Part shown: positions 1 to 10,794 of the stretch, one piece after another
Numbering within the stretch: position 1 is the stretch's first letter
How the letters are laid out: each line of letters begins with the position of its first letter
DNA from: Octopus sinensis
Taxonomy: Eukaryota
Assembly (NCBI RefSeq): GCF_006345805.1
Contig: NW_021835273.1
Location: 1 to 41,460 of the forward strand
Direction: 5' to 3'
DNA: 41,460 nt
The notes under the pieces: model-generated
What the model was told of the DNA's origin: nothing
What the model saw: only the letters and a program-made list of their open reading frames with translations
Database searches by the model: none
Program-made: the position numbers and the translations under genes

Positions 1-2
1 CC

Positions 3-386
3 ACCCAAAATCCGACATAGAAAGGCTATGTATACAACGTATAGAAGGCGTGTATTGGCATGTCCCAGATTATGGTTACTTTCTTTGATTTCGTTATTTA
101 GCTGCTGTTTTTTGCAACGGTTGTAATGGATCCTCTCACGGACGAGGGCATGTCCTGCACTTTCCGCTATTCTTATAGCTTTATATGAATGCACTGGTGT
201 CATTCTATTCAAGCCCGTTGGTATTAGCTTTGAGTCTCTATATCTACACAAGAAAGTTAGATGGTTTGAAAGACGAGCTAGTTTTTGATGGAGTTTCTCT
301 ATGTCTCCACTGAAGTCTATTGTCGCCTCTATACCGATTAGATAATACAGTTCTATATTTAAGAGATGATGAATTATGTACATCAT
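3..386 (-). pseudogene. N-terminal part of a Penelope/Poseidon-type PLE ORF, running off the window start (absent from the ORF track because no stop lies in the window)
   Basis: Manual translation from ATG at 386: MMYIIHHLLNIELYYLIGIEATIDFSGDIEKLHQKLARLSNHLTFLCRYRDSKLIPTGLNRMTPVHSYKAIRIAESAGHALVRERIHYN... This fits the KLAR..NHL.FL.R.RD..LIP.GL...RERI pattern of Penelope/Poseidon N-termini, and a hammerhead lies just upstream. Confidence 0.75.
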
Positions 387-435
387 TTACATTATTTACA
401 TTTGACGGATATTTCTCCTCATCTTGTTTGTTGTT

Positions 436-478
436 AACAACGTTTCGGCTGATATACCCTCCAGCCCTCATCAGCGTT
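436..478 (-). ncRNA. Minimal type I hammerhead ribozyme motif (HHR-A)
   Basis: Minus strand reads AAC-G-CTGATGA-G-GGCTG-GAGGGTATAT-CAGCC-GAAA-CGT-T-GTT: full core, perfect 5-bp stem II, palindromic ACGT stem III, 3-bp stem I with one unpaired G. Confidence 0.8.
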
Positions 479-527
479 TCTTGGAGAAATTTCGAATCTG
501 GGTTCTGGTTTCTGAGGTATTTTTCGA

Positions 528-570
528 TGTTATTATTATTATCATTATTATTATTATTATTATTATTATT
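528..570. repeat. (TTA)n microsatellite
   Basis: Direct reading. Confidence 0.95.
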
Positions 571-597
571 CAAGTCAATGTAAATAATGTACATAAT

Positions 598-1007
598 AGG
601 CGCAGGAGTGGCTGTGTGGTAAGTAGCTTGCTAACCAACCACATGGTTCCGGGTTCAGTCCCACTGCGTGGTATCTTGGGTAAGTGTCTTTTGCTTTGGC
701 CCCGGGCCGACCAATGCCTTGTGAGTGGATTTGGTAGACGGAAACTGAAAGAAGCCTGTCGTATATATGTATATATATATATGTATGTGTGTTTGTGTGT
801 CTGTGTTTGTCCCCCTAGCATTGCTTGACAACCGATGCTGGTGTGTTTACGTCCCCGTCACTTAGCGGTTCGGCAAAAGAGTCCGATAGAATAAGTACTG
901 GGCTTACAAAGAATAAGTCCCGGGGTCGATTTGCTCGACTAAAGGCGGTGCTCCAGCATGGCCGCAGTCAAATGACTGAAACAAGTAAAAGAGTAAAGAG
1001 TAAAGTG
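598..1007 (+). mobile_element. tRNA-derived SINE, family 1 (CORE-like), full-length copy
   Basis: A-box-like TGGCTGTGTGG, B-box-like GGTTCAGTCCC, CORE-like ATCTTGGGTAAGTGTCTT, internal (TA)/(TG) tract, tail ...AAATGACTGAAACAAGTAAAAGAG. At least six further copies in the window. Possible TAAT target-site duplication (594-597 and 1008-1011). Confidence 0.92.
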
Positions 1008-1788
1008 TAATCCCTCATCTCTTAAATATTTGAGGTATCTCCGCTACTTCAGAGACTCGACTCAGACATCATTTAGAGGCTCAAAGTACCAAATTAACTG
1101 GTTGAGCTTTATCTCTGAAAGAAAGAAATGTTGATAAGTATCGGTGCTTGTTGTGTTTATGTATGGGTCTCCATCTCGCCGCTTACAGAGTTCTCTGAAA
1201 TAAACCTTTGAAGGTGGGCGGGTTTAAAATCCTCAATGAATTAACATATACCATTTACAATTTTGATTTCAATTCCCACAGGAGTTTTGCTTGTCTTAAA
1301 TCATACATAGTTCAGAAAGAATAAAAAACGATTAATATACTGGGGTCAGCTCTAGTACTTCCCGGTAAAACTGCTGCTTTGCACCGGTGTAAAACAAAAT
1401 AAAGCATCATAGTGTTCATTGTACTCTGTGTTTGAGTTCCTCCTTTCTGGCAATCCCCTGAACTTTTGCGCCGACTCCCACAGGCTGGATGCGAACCTTG
1501 AAACAGCCGTTCACAAACACGATTAGATATTGACATTACAATCTGTGATTTTCATAGTTAAAGAGCAGGATTAATTAAAATCCAGTTGTACATCAAATCA
1601 TCATTAACTGCAGCGGTGTCTGTTTAATTTCACAAATTGCAAATAAACTTAATTTTTCTAATTTATTTCAATTTAACTTTAGAAGTTTGAGATTTAGTTC
1701 TCAAATGAGAAAATTTATTTCACTAAAGAAAAATACAAATTAACGGCTAATAAAAGATTATTTTTTTAATTTGAATCATGCAATCTAG

Positions 1789-1792
1789 TGTA

Positions 1793-1870
<78 letters not shown>
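1789..1870. repeat. (TG)n microsatellite
   Basis: Direct reading. Confidence 0.95.
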
Positions 1871-1871
<1 letters not shown>

Positions 1872-3001
1872 CTGTCTGTCTCTGTATATTTTACTATGTG
1901 TATGAGCGTTGTGATATGTGTGTGTTGGGATGTGCGTACAGGTCCATTTCTGCAGTGTACCTAGAATCCTAGACAATTTGGTTTCGAATCATCAAGGGAC
2001 CGACAGAGTTATACATTTTTTAAAAGGTTGACTTATCCATTTGAGAACTAATTGGCTTGAGTATGGGCAGTGTGGGATATCAGTAGCATGACTCACACAG
2101 CTACCCCTTAAATACTTCCCTGTCTGTTGCTTTATACTTTCCATAAGTGACCCTATTATCTTACCCTTATTTCCTTTCTTTCATTTCTATAGAGACACAT
2201 TGGAACTTTGATCAATTCAGTCAATGTTGTGCGTGTGGAATTGATACGAAAAGTCGTCTTCTTAGCGACTGGTGTCAGAGATTGAGGTATTTATCTGTGT
2301 AATTCTTTAACTTTAATTAAGTATTAATTAGATTTGCGTTCCCTAATAGTTTTTCTGTATTCCCTTATCCCTTATATGAGCTCCCCATTCCGATTACCCT
2401 CCACGGATGACCATAAACAACAATGGTCACGTTCAGAAAGCAAAATCAATTACATCAAAGAAATTCATTTGAATTTCTCAGTCACTAAGCATTCTTAACA
2501 AAAACAATAAAATGTTCATCCAACAATAACATTGAAACTATCATAAAATAAAAAAGACATCTAGCAGAAACAGTGTGAATAACGATAAAATATTTCTCAG
2601 TTTTTCGTCAATTTCCCAGCTGGAGTGTCCCTATTTTCCCGCTGGAATCATGAAATTTACACCAAATGGAAAATTTCCTTCGGGTAAAAAAATGCAGAAT
2701 TAGATATTTTATCTAATTACATGTTAGTACTGACCTCGGGCTAAGAAGGAGTGGTGGCGGTGATTGGCTGTTAAAACTAGCAACCAGACTGTTTTTAAAT
2801 CACTCACACTTAACTGTCATTAAAAAAGGGTCGCATTACGTACGGTGGCTCCTGATTTACGAAGCAGCAGGATGGTCAAAGCTGGAGTCCTTTTAATCAT
2901 AAGTCCGTCGAAGAAGGACTGATATGGATCTCAACAACAGCATTGAGAGGTCTGGATATGGTAGGCAGTGACAGAAGTGGTTCAATCTACCTTTTTTCTC
3001 A

Positions 3002-3203
3002 GGGGCCTAAACACAAAGAGGACAAACAAACGGATTAAGTCGATTACATCGACCCCAGTGCGTAACTTGTACTTATTTAATCGGCCCCGAAAGGATGAAA
3101 GGCAAAGTCGACCTCAGCAGAATTTGAACTCAGAACGTAACGGCAGACGAAATACCGCTAACCATTTCGTCCGGCGTGCTAACGATTCTGCCAGCTCGCC
3201 GCC
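3002..3203 (-). mobile_element. tRNA-derived SINE, family 2, near full-length
   Basis: Minus strand GGCGGCGAGCTGGCAGAATCGTTAGC...GAGTTCAAATTC...GTCGACTTTGCCTTTCATCCTTTCGGGG...; homologous pieces at 19585-19765, 20580-20645, 27965-28072 and 29390-29550. Confidence 0.88.
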
Positions 3204-4076
3204 TTATTAGATTATAACATTTGTAGATGCAAGCATTGAAACAATATAAGGACATAATCGAACGTCACGGGAGTTTAGACCCCAAAAGACGATAATTTCG
3301 AGTACACACAATCGAACCACAAACTCTGTGGGTTGAAAGTTAACATCTTACCAACTTCGGTTAACCTCCGACAGTTTTCGTACAGGTGGACCGACGAGAA
3401 CCTGCAATCTTTCAAGCTAAAGACCGAAATCCTTTCTAGTTAGCTATGAGATCACCAAATAATACAGGCAACATTAAAAGACATCTCCAGGGTAAATACG
3501 ATAATTCAGTTCTTGGTGAAGCTTTAATAGTTAATTAGAATCTATTTTACCATTAAGTGTTCATATTAATTTAATAAAATTGTTGATGGCTGCAAATTTT
3601 AAGTAGACACACAGACAGGAATGCGGACTTCATTTTGGTGGCTTTTTTTTTCATAATTTATACAATTCTGTACTCTTTGTCTTTAGCCTTTGTCTTCGTC
3701 TGTCCATGTATCTGTCTCAATGTTAGGTTGTCTGTTCTCTCCCACTTCCATGTCCTCTCCTCCTCCTCCTCCTCCTCCTCCTCCTTCTTCTTCTTCTTGT
3801 AAAACAAGACGAGCCAAGGGAGCTAACTCAATTTGGCCAAAGCCAAGAATTGAGATAAATGAATTAAGAGTTGCTGACACACTTAAAGGATAAAAATAAA
3901 ATAAAATCTAACAGCAAATAAAAATTACTAAATTTAGTTTGAGACAGAAAACAAAAGCTTAGGGGTAATTTATACCGATTGTCAATGAAAAAGACAGATA
4001 ATTGTTAGCGAGTATTCTGGGGGGATGAGGAATACATTCACTGGAGGGATGTAGTAATAGGAGTATACAATACCTA

Positions 4077-4174
4077 TAATAATAATGATAATAATAACAA
4101 CAACAATAATAATAATGATAATAATAATAATGATAATAATAATAATGATAATAATAATAATTATTATTATTATC

Positions 4175-4247
<73 letters not shown>

Positions 4248-4293
4248 TATTATTATTATTATTATTAGTAGTAGTAGTAGTAGTAGTAGTAGT
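4077..4293. repeat. (AAT)n/(ATT)n inverted compound microsatellite followed by (GTA)n
   Basis: Direct reading; polarity flips near 4160. Confidence 0.95.
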
Positions 4294-4381
4294 ACGGGGT
4301 AGGGTTACAGATGCGAATAAACCTCAGTTAAGTCTATATATCCACTTGTAATTCGCAGCCCTTCCACTTCCGTAAAGCGTT

Positions 4382-4445
<64 letters not shown>

Positions 4446-4446
4446 T
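4382..4446. repeat. (TG)n microsatellite
   Basis: Direct reading. Confidence 0.95.
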
Positions 4447-4549
4447 AATTTATCTTTTCCTTGTTTTAGACATTAGCCTGCGTTCATGCAGGTGCACCTC
4501 CTTGTGGAGTTTAGTGAACAAATCGACTCCATGATTCATATGTTTAAAA

Positions 4550-4978
4550 GCTTGGTACGTATTCTATCGATCGCTATTTGCCGAACCGCTATGGTTACGG
4601 GTACGTGAACAAATCAATCAACACCGATTGTCGAGCGGTGGTGGGCGACAGACACTGACACAAAGACACGTAAACATAAATACACACATAGATACATACA
4701 TAGATACATAGATACATACATACGTATGTATGTATGTACGTATGTATGTATGTATGTATGTATGTATGTATGTATGTATGTATGTATGTATGTATGCATG
4801 CATGTATGTATGTATGTATGTATGTATGTATGTATGTATGTATGTATGTATGTATGTATGTATGTATGCGTACACGGCGGGCTCCTTTTCGTTGACGGCT
4901 ACCAAATCCACTCAAAAGGCCTTGATCGATCCGAGGCTATAGCTGAAGCCACCTGCCCAAAGTTCTCGCCGTGGTACA
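4550..4978 (-). mobile_element. SINE family 1 copy, diverged and truncated, with expanded internal (TACA)n/(TATG)n
   Basis: Matches the 598-1007 copy on both sides of the internal microsatellite (TATTCTATCG...TTTGCCGAACCGCTA; CTACCAAATCCACTCA...GGCTATAGC). Confidence 0.85.
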
Positions 4979-5232
4979 CGCATGTGTGGGTGTATATTTA
5001 TACATGTGTTTGTGTATTGGATGTGTGTAGTATTACTTGTGCTGTGTTTATTGGTATATTCTATGCGGTGTGTAGATATACGCATATCAAGGATAAACAA
5101 TCTACTTAATAGATATGCACAGTGTCAAGTCAAGTCGTGGTATATCTGTACAGTTTGTGTGTGTATGTGTGAGTGTGTATTTAAAGTGTTAGCCAATAGT
5201 CAAGGACTAAATTATCGTATTTATATGACGTA

Positions 5233-5351
5233 ATTATTGAGTGAGAGCGCAGCGCATGCCATCAAAGTGACACTCGGGTATAAATATACGAACCCCAATA
5301 TGCCCACCATGACTACACATTGGATGGGTATACACCAGGCATCACAACCAT
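5233..5351 (-). mobile_element. 3' end of (AAT)n-tailed LINE, diverged short copy
   Basis: Reverse complement ends GTGTCACTTTGATGGCATGCGCTGCGCTCTCACTCAATAAT, as in the copies at 6139-6648 and 28154-28752. Confidence 0.8.
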
Positions 5352-5427
5352 CAGTTATGATTGTCAAAGACCTTTCATCAACATGCCTTCTCCAGGTCAG
5401 ACTGGTGGGAAGCCATTTTCCTAATTA

Positions 5428-5557
<130 letters not shown>

Positions 5558-6008
5558 CTTCACATGCACTTGCTGTGTCTTTTGTTTTGTTTTACACGGT
5601 GTTATAGGGGTTTGTAAACTTTTGATAACTCCACATGATGTACATGTATTGTCCACGATTGTGGTATTTTCGTGTACGTAATTGACTCCCAATACCGTGT
5701 GTGAATTTTGTAATGCATTTAAAGCAGATGCACTCAATGCAGATGTATTTGTTGTCTCCAATGATGTGGTTAGCGATAACCATTGGGAGTGAATAATGAA
5801 TTATCTAAACTCGTTTTCTGCTTCGTGTCACCGGGCAACCCACGTTTTCTCTTTTGTACAGATTTTATACTTGATCGCAATAGGGAGAAGGGTAGGAGGT
5901 GGGGGTATAAGAAGAATTGGGGAGAGAAGGTGTGCTGGGCGAGAGAAGGACGAGAAACGGAAAAAAAAGGTAGAAGAAAGTAAAGGAAGAAATAAGGAAG
6001 AAAGTAGA

Positions 6009-6009
<1 letters not shown>

Positions 6010-6081
<72 letters not shown>

Positions 6082-6096
6082 ATGATAATAATAATA

Positions 6097-6141
<45 letters not shown>
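6010..6141. repeat. (CTA)n then (AAT)n microsatellites
   Basis: Direct reading. Confidence 0.95.
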
Positions 6142-6142
<1 letters not shown>

Positions 6143-6648
6143 TGATTGGAAGTGTTATCATGTACATTGTTTTGTCTTGGTATAAAAGATGGGCTACAGC
6201 AAATATTCTGCTCAATACCACAGATTTGCTTGTCAGTTGTTTGACCTTAACCAGTTGAGCATGTCCCTTAGTGGCTGACGATATGTGCATCTCTGATCAC
6301 GAGCAGAAGTAGTGGGGGAGCATCATAGCCATGTGTTGAGAGGGATTCTTTGGGGTTTGAATAATTCACCTCTGGAAATATGAGTGGTTTTTTCAACATC
6401 CTTAAACAACCCTTATTCAGGGACCGTTTGAGTGGGATGGGCTACTCAACCTGAAGAAAATTCTAACTGGGCCCCACCTGCAAGGTCATGTGCTGTTTAT
6501 CTTGATATGAGATCACTATGTCGCGCACATATGGTTGTGATGCATGTGCCTGGTGTACCTTTATCAGACAGGTAGTCATGATGGGTATATTGGGCTTCGT
6601 ATATTTTACCCCAGTGTCACTTTGATGGCATGAACTGCTCTCTCACTC
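6139..6648 (+). mobile_element. 5'-truncated 3' end of a non-LTR retrotransposon with (AAT)n tail (possibly Dong/R4-like)
   Basis: Nearly identical to 28245-28752, has a variable 5' truncation, lacks Pol III boxes, and has (AAT)n on both sides. The clade is inferred only from the TAA-repeat association known for Dong. Confidence 0.7.
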
Positions 6649-6905
6649 AATAATAATAATAATGATAATAATGATAATAATAATAATACTTAGTTGAAGT
6701 ATTAAAAGAAGGAACTTTAAAATGTAATAGGAAATGACGATGATGATTGCGACGACGACGATGATGACGATGACGACGATGACGATCGTGAGGAAGATGA
6801 AGATGATTATGATGACGATGCTGCTGCTGCGAATGATAATGATGCTAATGATGATTTCAATGGTAATTTTGATGATGAGGTGGAAATGGATGATGATGAT
6901 GATGG

Positions 6906-6936
<31 letters not shown>

Positions 6937-6965
6937 AATGATGATGATGATGATGATGATGATGA
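6649..6965. repeat. (AAT)n tail and degenerate (GAT)/(GAC)n array
   Basis: Direct reading. Confidence 0.9.
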
Positions 6966-7394
6966 TAGAAGAGGAGGTGTAGAGGTAAGGACAAGATATT
7001 GAAACCACCATTAAACAAAGAAAAGAAAAAAGGCGGAAGGTCGTTGAGCGGCAGTTAGCTTGCGAAAATGTCTCCTGTCTTGCTCGTTAAAGTCGTGTCA
7101 ATTTGTTACAATCTAATTGTAACATTTTACGTACTTCATTGATTTCACTAAAGTTTCTAGCAATTAACCTTACAATAATGGACTGCTGTTTCTAAACGTC
7201 CACTTGTGACCAGTGTTTATGTAGCCATTGGTCACTTTTATAACGCCACCGACAAATTGCTTCACACATTTTCACCGAGCTGCTCATTGCATTGGAAAGG
7301 CCAATCTTGTTAAACAGCGTTTCAGGTTCATTGTATACCAACTGTAATAGAATTATTTTTCACTAGCTTACCTTTCATTAAAAAGAACCAATGT

Positions 7395-7465
7395 AAGGTG
7401 CGCTCGTGGCTGTGTCGTAAGGAATTTGCTTTCTAGTCACATTCTTCTGGGTTCAGTCCCCTGCA
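7395..7465 (+). mobile_element. Degenerate SINE family 1 tRNA head
   Basis: AGGTGCG..CGTGGCTGTGTCGTAAG...GGGTTCAGTCCC aligns to 598-665. Confidence 0.6.
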
Positions 7466-7599
7466 AAGGCTGTTCAAATTTATGTATAATGAAATCGGTT
7501 GTACATCCTGCAATGCCCAAAATATTTTAACAATTATTTTTATACAATTCTTAATATTCAGTTATAATAAATATAATAGAGTGTTTTTAAACTCCGACC

Positions 7600-7675
7600 A
7601 GTTATTAGGGTCCACTAGAGTAAAATAGGAATCAACGGAGTCCGTAGACAAAAAAAAAATGGTTGAGAATCACTG
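7600..7675. mobile_element. Single terminus of a hAT/Charlie-like non-autonomous DNA transposon
   Basis: Ends in GGTTGAGAATCACTG (reverse complement CAGTGATTCTCAACC), a typical hAT TIR, preceded by GGGTCC...GACAAAAAAA. The other terminus was not found. Confidence 0.45.
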
Positions 7676-8089
7676 TGCAAAATGAAAGAAAGTCTTTGTG
7701 CCATACCTTGTTCCATTAAGGTCTGTTACTGTTTCTTCGCACATACCTAAAGTTAAGCAATGCCACACGTAAGTACCTGCATAGAGACATCAAATCTTTT
7801 TATCCTATTTGAATCCTGTGTCCTAAAACAATAAACAAAAATAAGGTTATTTATTTTTTCTGAATTTTGTATACAAAAGTTGTCTTTTGACGTTTTGGAA
7901 GATTTCTGAGACTAATAGAAAGAAGGGGAAGAATTATTTTCCAGCCGATCACATGATTTGAATGGATGCAAAATAGCGAACAATACTAAAGGCATAAAAA
8001 GGCCAACAGCTGAAATTGAATATATTGTGTTCAGTGAAGAACAGCAAAGGTCCTTTAGTGTCCGTTTACTAAAATCCATCTAAATAGTG

Positions 8090-8145
8090 GTCTCTCGTAG
8101 AAGACATTTGCTCAAGTTGCCGCACGGTGGAATCGAAACCACAGC
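8090..8145 (-). mobile_element. SINE fragment (B-box plus CORE-like segment)
   Basis: AGAAGACATTTGCTCAAGTTGCCGCACGGTGGAATCGAAACC resembles the reverse complement of the family 1 head/core. Confidence 0.55.
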
Positions 8146-9269
8146 TAAAACTCATATTACAGAAGCAAGCTTCTTATCGACACAACAATTAACCAAAAGA
8201 CCATTTTTCTTTCTACTTATGTTTATGCTTACCAAACTTTACTATTCTAATACACAGTTCCATATAAAGGAATTCTATTAAGCGGATAATAAATTTGTAG
8301 ACGATTATTGGAGATGAAGAAATAAATGAGATCAATTTTAGATATTGTAGATAATCTGAATAAGTAATGAATTCACGTTTGAAATATATGGTTCATGTTT
8401 TCAATATCGTAAATGTATCGAAGACAGCTCAGTTTAAAGCTTTAAGTTTGTCAAAGAAGATAATGATATTAAGGTGATTGGAACAATGTTGAATCTCTGA
8501 GATTGATTGTATCATGAGAGAAGTGGGATAAAATTGGTTTCCACGAAGGGCACTGAAGTTAATAAGCCAATACTGGTATGTGGTCACTATAAGAGCTAAA
8601 GGTAATAGCCAGTAATTTTGAGAGGAAGGATTAGTCGGTGCCATCAACCCTAGAACTTACTACTACATTAAGTTATCGATCCTGAATAGATGAAAGGTAA
8701 AGCTAATCTCAGGGATGCTTGCTCTCAGAAAGCAAAGAGCCAGAAGAAATACAGTAAGGCATTTTGTCTGAAACTTACCAATTCTACTGCAAAATCATTC
8801 TGATAGTTAGAAACACGAAATACGTTAAAAAAATAACCGACTTTATAATCATTTCCTAACAAATTAAGACTGCGTGGGGAAAATTCTGCGATGGGAGGTG
8901 ATGCTACCCAAAGGATTTTGCCCACGCGGCATTAGTTTTGGCGGGAAAAAATAAAGTCAAATATATTTTGAATGTACCTCATACTAGTAATGAAATGTCC
9001 GTTAATATACTTTCAAGGAAGCTAGAAACGATCCTATTATATATTGTGGCCAGGAGCACAACTGAACACATATCTACGCATGTAAGGTCATCCCTGAAGG
9101 TTGTGGGTTTCTTTTTGCCTTGGAAGACTAGCAATCCATTGACTTGATGATAATTTCACTCCTTCCTTCTCAAAAGATTCAGAGATTCCCAAATAGGGGC
9201 ACAGACACTGACTTACCTCCTCATGTTGTGATAAAGACTCAAACATGAATATATTGATCTCCCTCTCCC

Positions 9270-9305
<36 letters not shown>

Positions 9306-9384
9306 ACTATTTTAAAAATTACTTGTTTGAATATTTGGTAAATTTTCTATTAATTATTCACTTATCTATTCATTTTCTACTTCC

Positions 9385-9722
<338 letters not shown>

Positions 9723-9816
9723 TAGTAAAATTCCATTGAACAAGTCCTTATAGGAGGAACAAGTTTGAACAAATACGGTAAGTGTGCGCTACATCTTTGG
9801 ACACATGTATATATAT

Positions 9817-9847
<31 letters not shown>

Positions 9848-10369
9848 GGATACATAATGCGTGCGTGCGCGCGGGAGTGTGTGTGTGTGTGTGTTATTAC
9901 ATTGACAGAAACATTTTGTTGACAAATCCATACATCAAAGACATAGAAATGCATAAATTCCAAATACACACCTATATACACGTCATCAGGCAGATTTTTG
10001 CTCCACTGCCTCTCAATTACGCAGCCACAATTGTCATTTGTCATCAAATATGTTTTTTCCCTTTGATGCTGATGTACACGGACATTGTGTAATTAAATGG
10101 TCTCTGTCTGGGGATCTTAGTTCTAAGAGAACAATATGTTATCGACGCGCAGAGAAGACGGTGAACGTCATACTAACAATGTAGAAAAGCACACTTTATA
10201 TCCTCAAATGCTCCCTATTAGAGCTGAGATGATTGGCTTGAATGAATGCCTTTTGGCGCATTAGCTATGATCCAAGTCTCCCTCACACGTGTTCGTCATA
10301 CGAATATATTATCGTATATTCCTCCAAGCATACGATCATACAGGCGTACAAGAATCCGTACGGTCTGAC

Positions 10370-10410
10370 ACACAGACACACAGACACATACACTCGCACA
10401 CAGACACACA

Positions 10411-10449
<39 letters not shown>

Positions 10450-10485
10450 CATACAAAAACACACATGCACACAATATTTTTACAC

Positions 10486-10529
<44 letters not shown>

Positions 10530-10596
10530 ATCTATCTATCTATCTATCTATCTATGTATCTGTCTGTCAATCCATCCGTCCGTCCGTCCGTTCATC

Positions 10597-10631
<35 letters not shown>

Positions 10632-10674
10632 CTATATATCTATCTACTTATCTATCTAACTATTTATCTATCTG

Positions 10675-10725
<51 letters not shown>

Positions 10726-10726
10726 G

Positions 10727-10791
<65 letters not shown>
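10370..10791. repeat. (CA)n and (TCTA)/(TCTG)/(TCCG)n compound array
   Basis: Direct reading. Confidence 0.95.
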
Positions 10792-10794
10792 AAA

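Larger units (their letters stand above)
1..527 (-). mobile_element. Penelope-like element 5' end (pLTR with hammerhead plus ORF start)
   Basis: HHR at 436-478 followed by a PLE-type ORF; the 5' boundary abuts (TTA)n at 528. Confidence 0.7.

Noticed and set aside
598-670. SINE heads as functional tRNA genes
   Set aside because: No complete cloverleaf or acceptor stem, and they continue into SINE bodies.
1400-1530. Short open frames on the minus strand as a possible host exon
   Set aside because: No recognisable protein motif and only weak splice signals.
6275-6460. CTGACGA and CTGAAGA inside the (AAT)n-tailed LINE end (also in the 28-kb copy)
   Set aside because: No stem II followed by GAAA, so not hammerheads.
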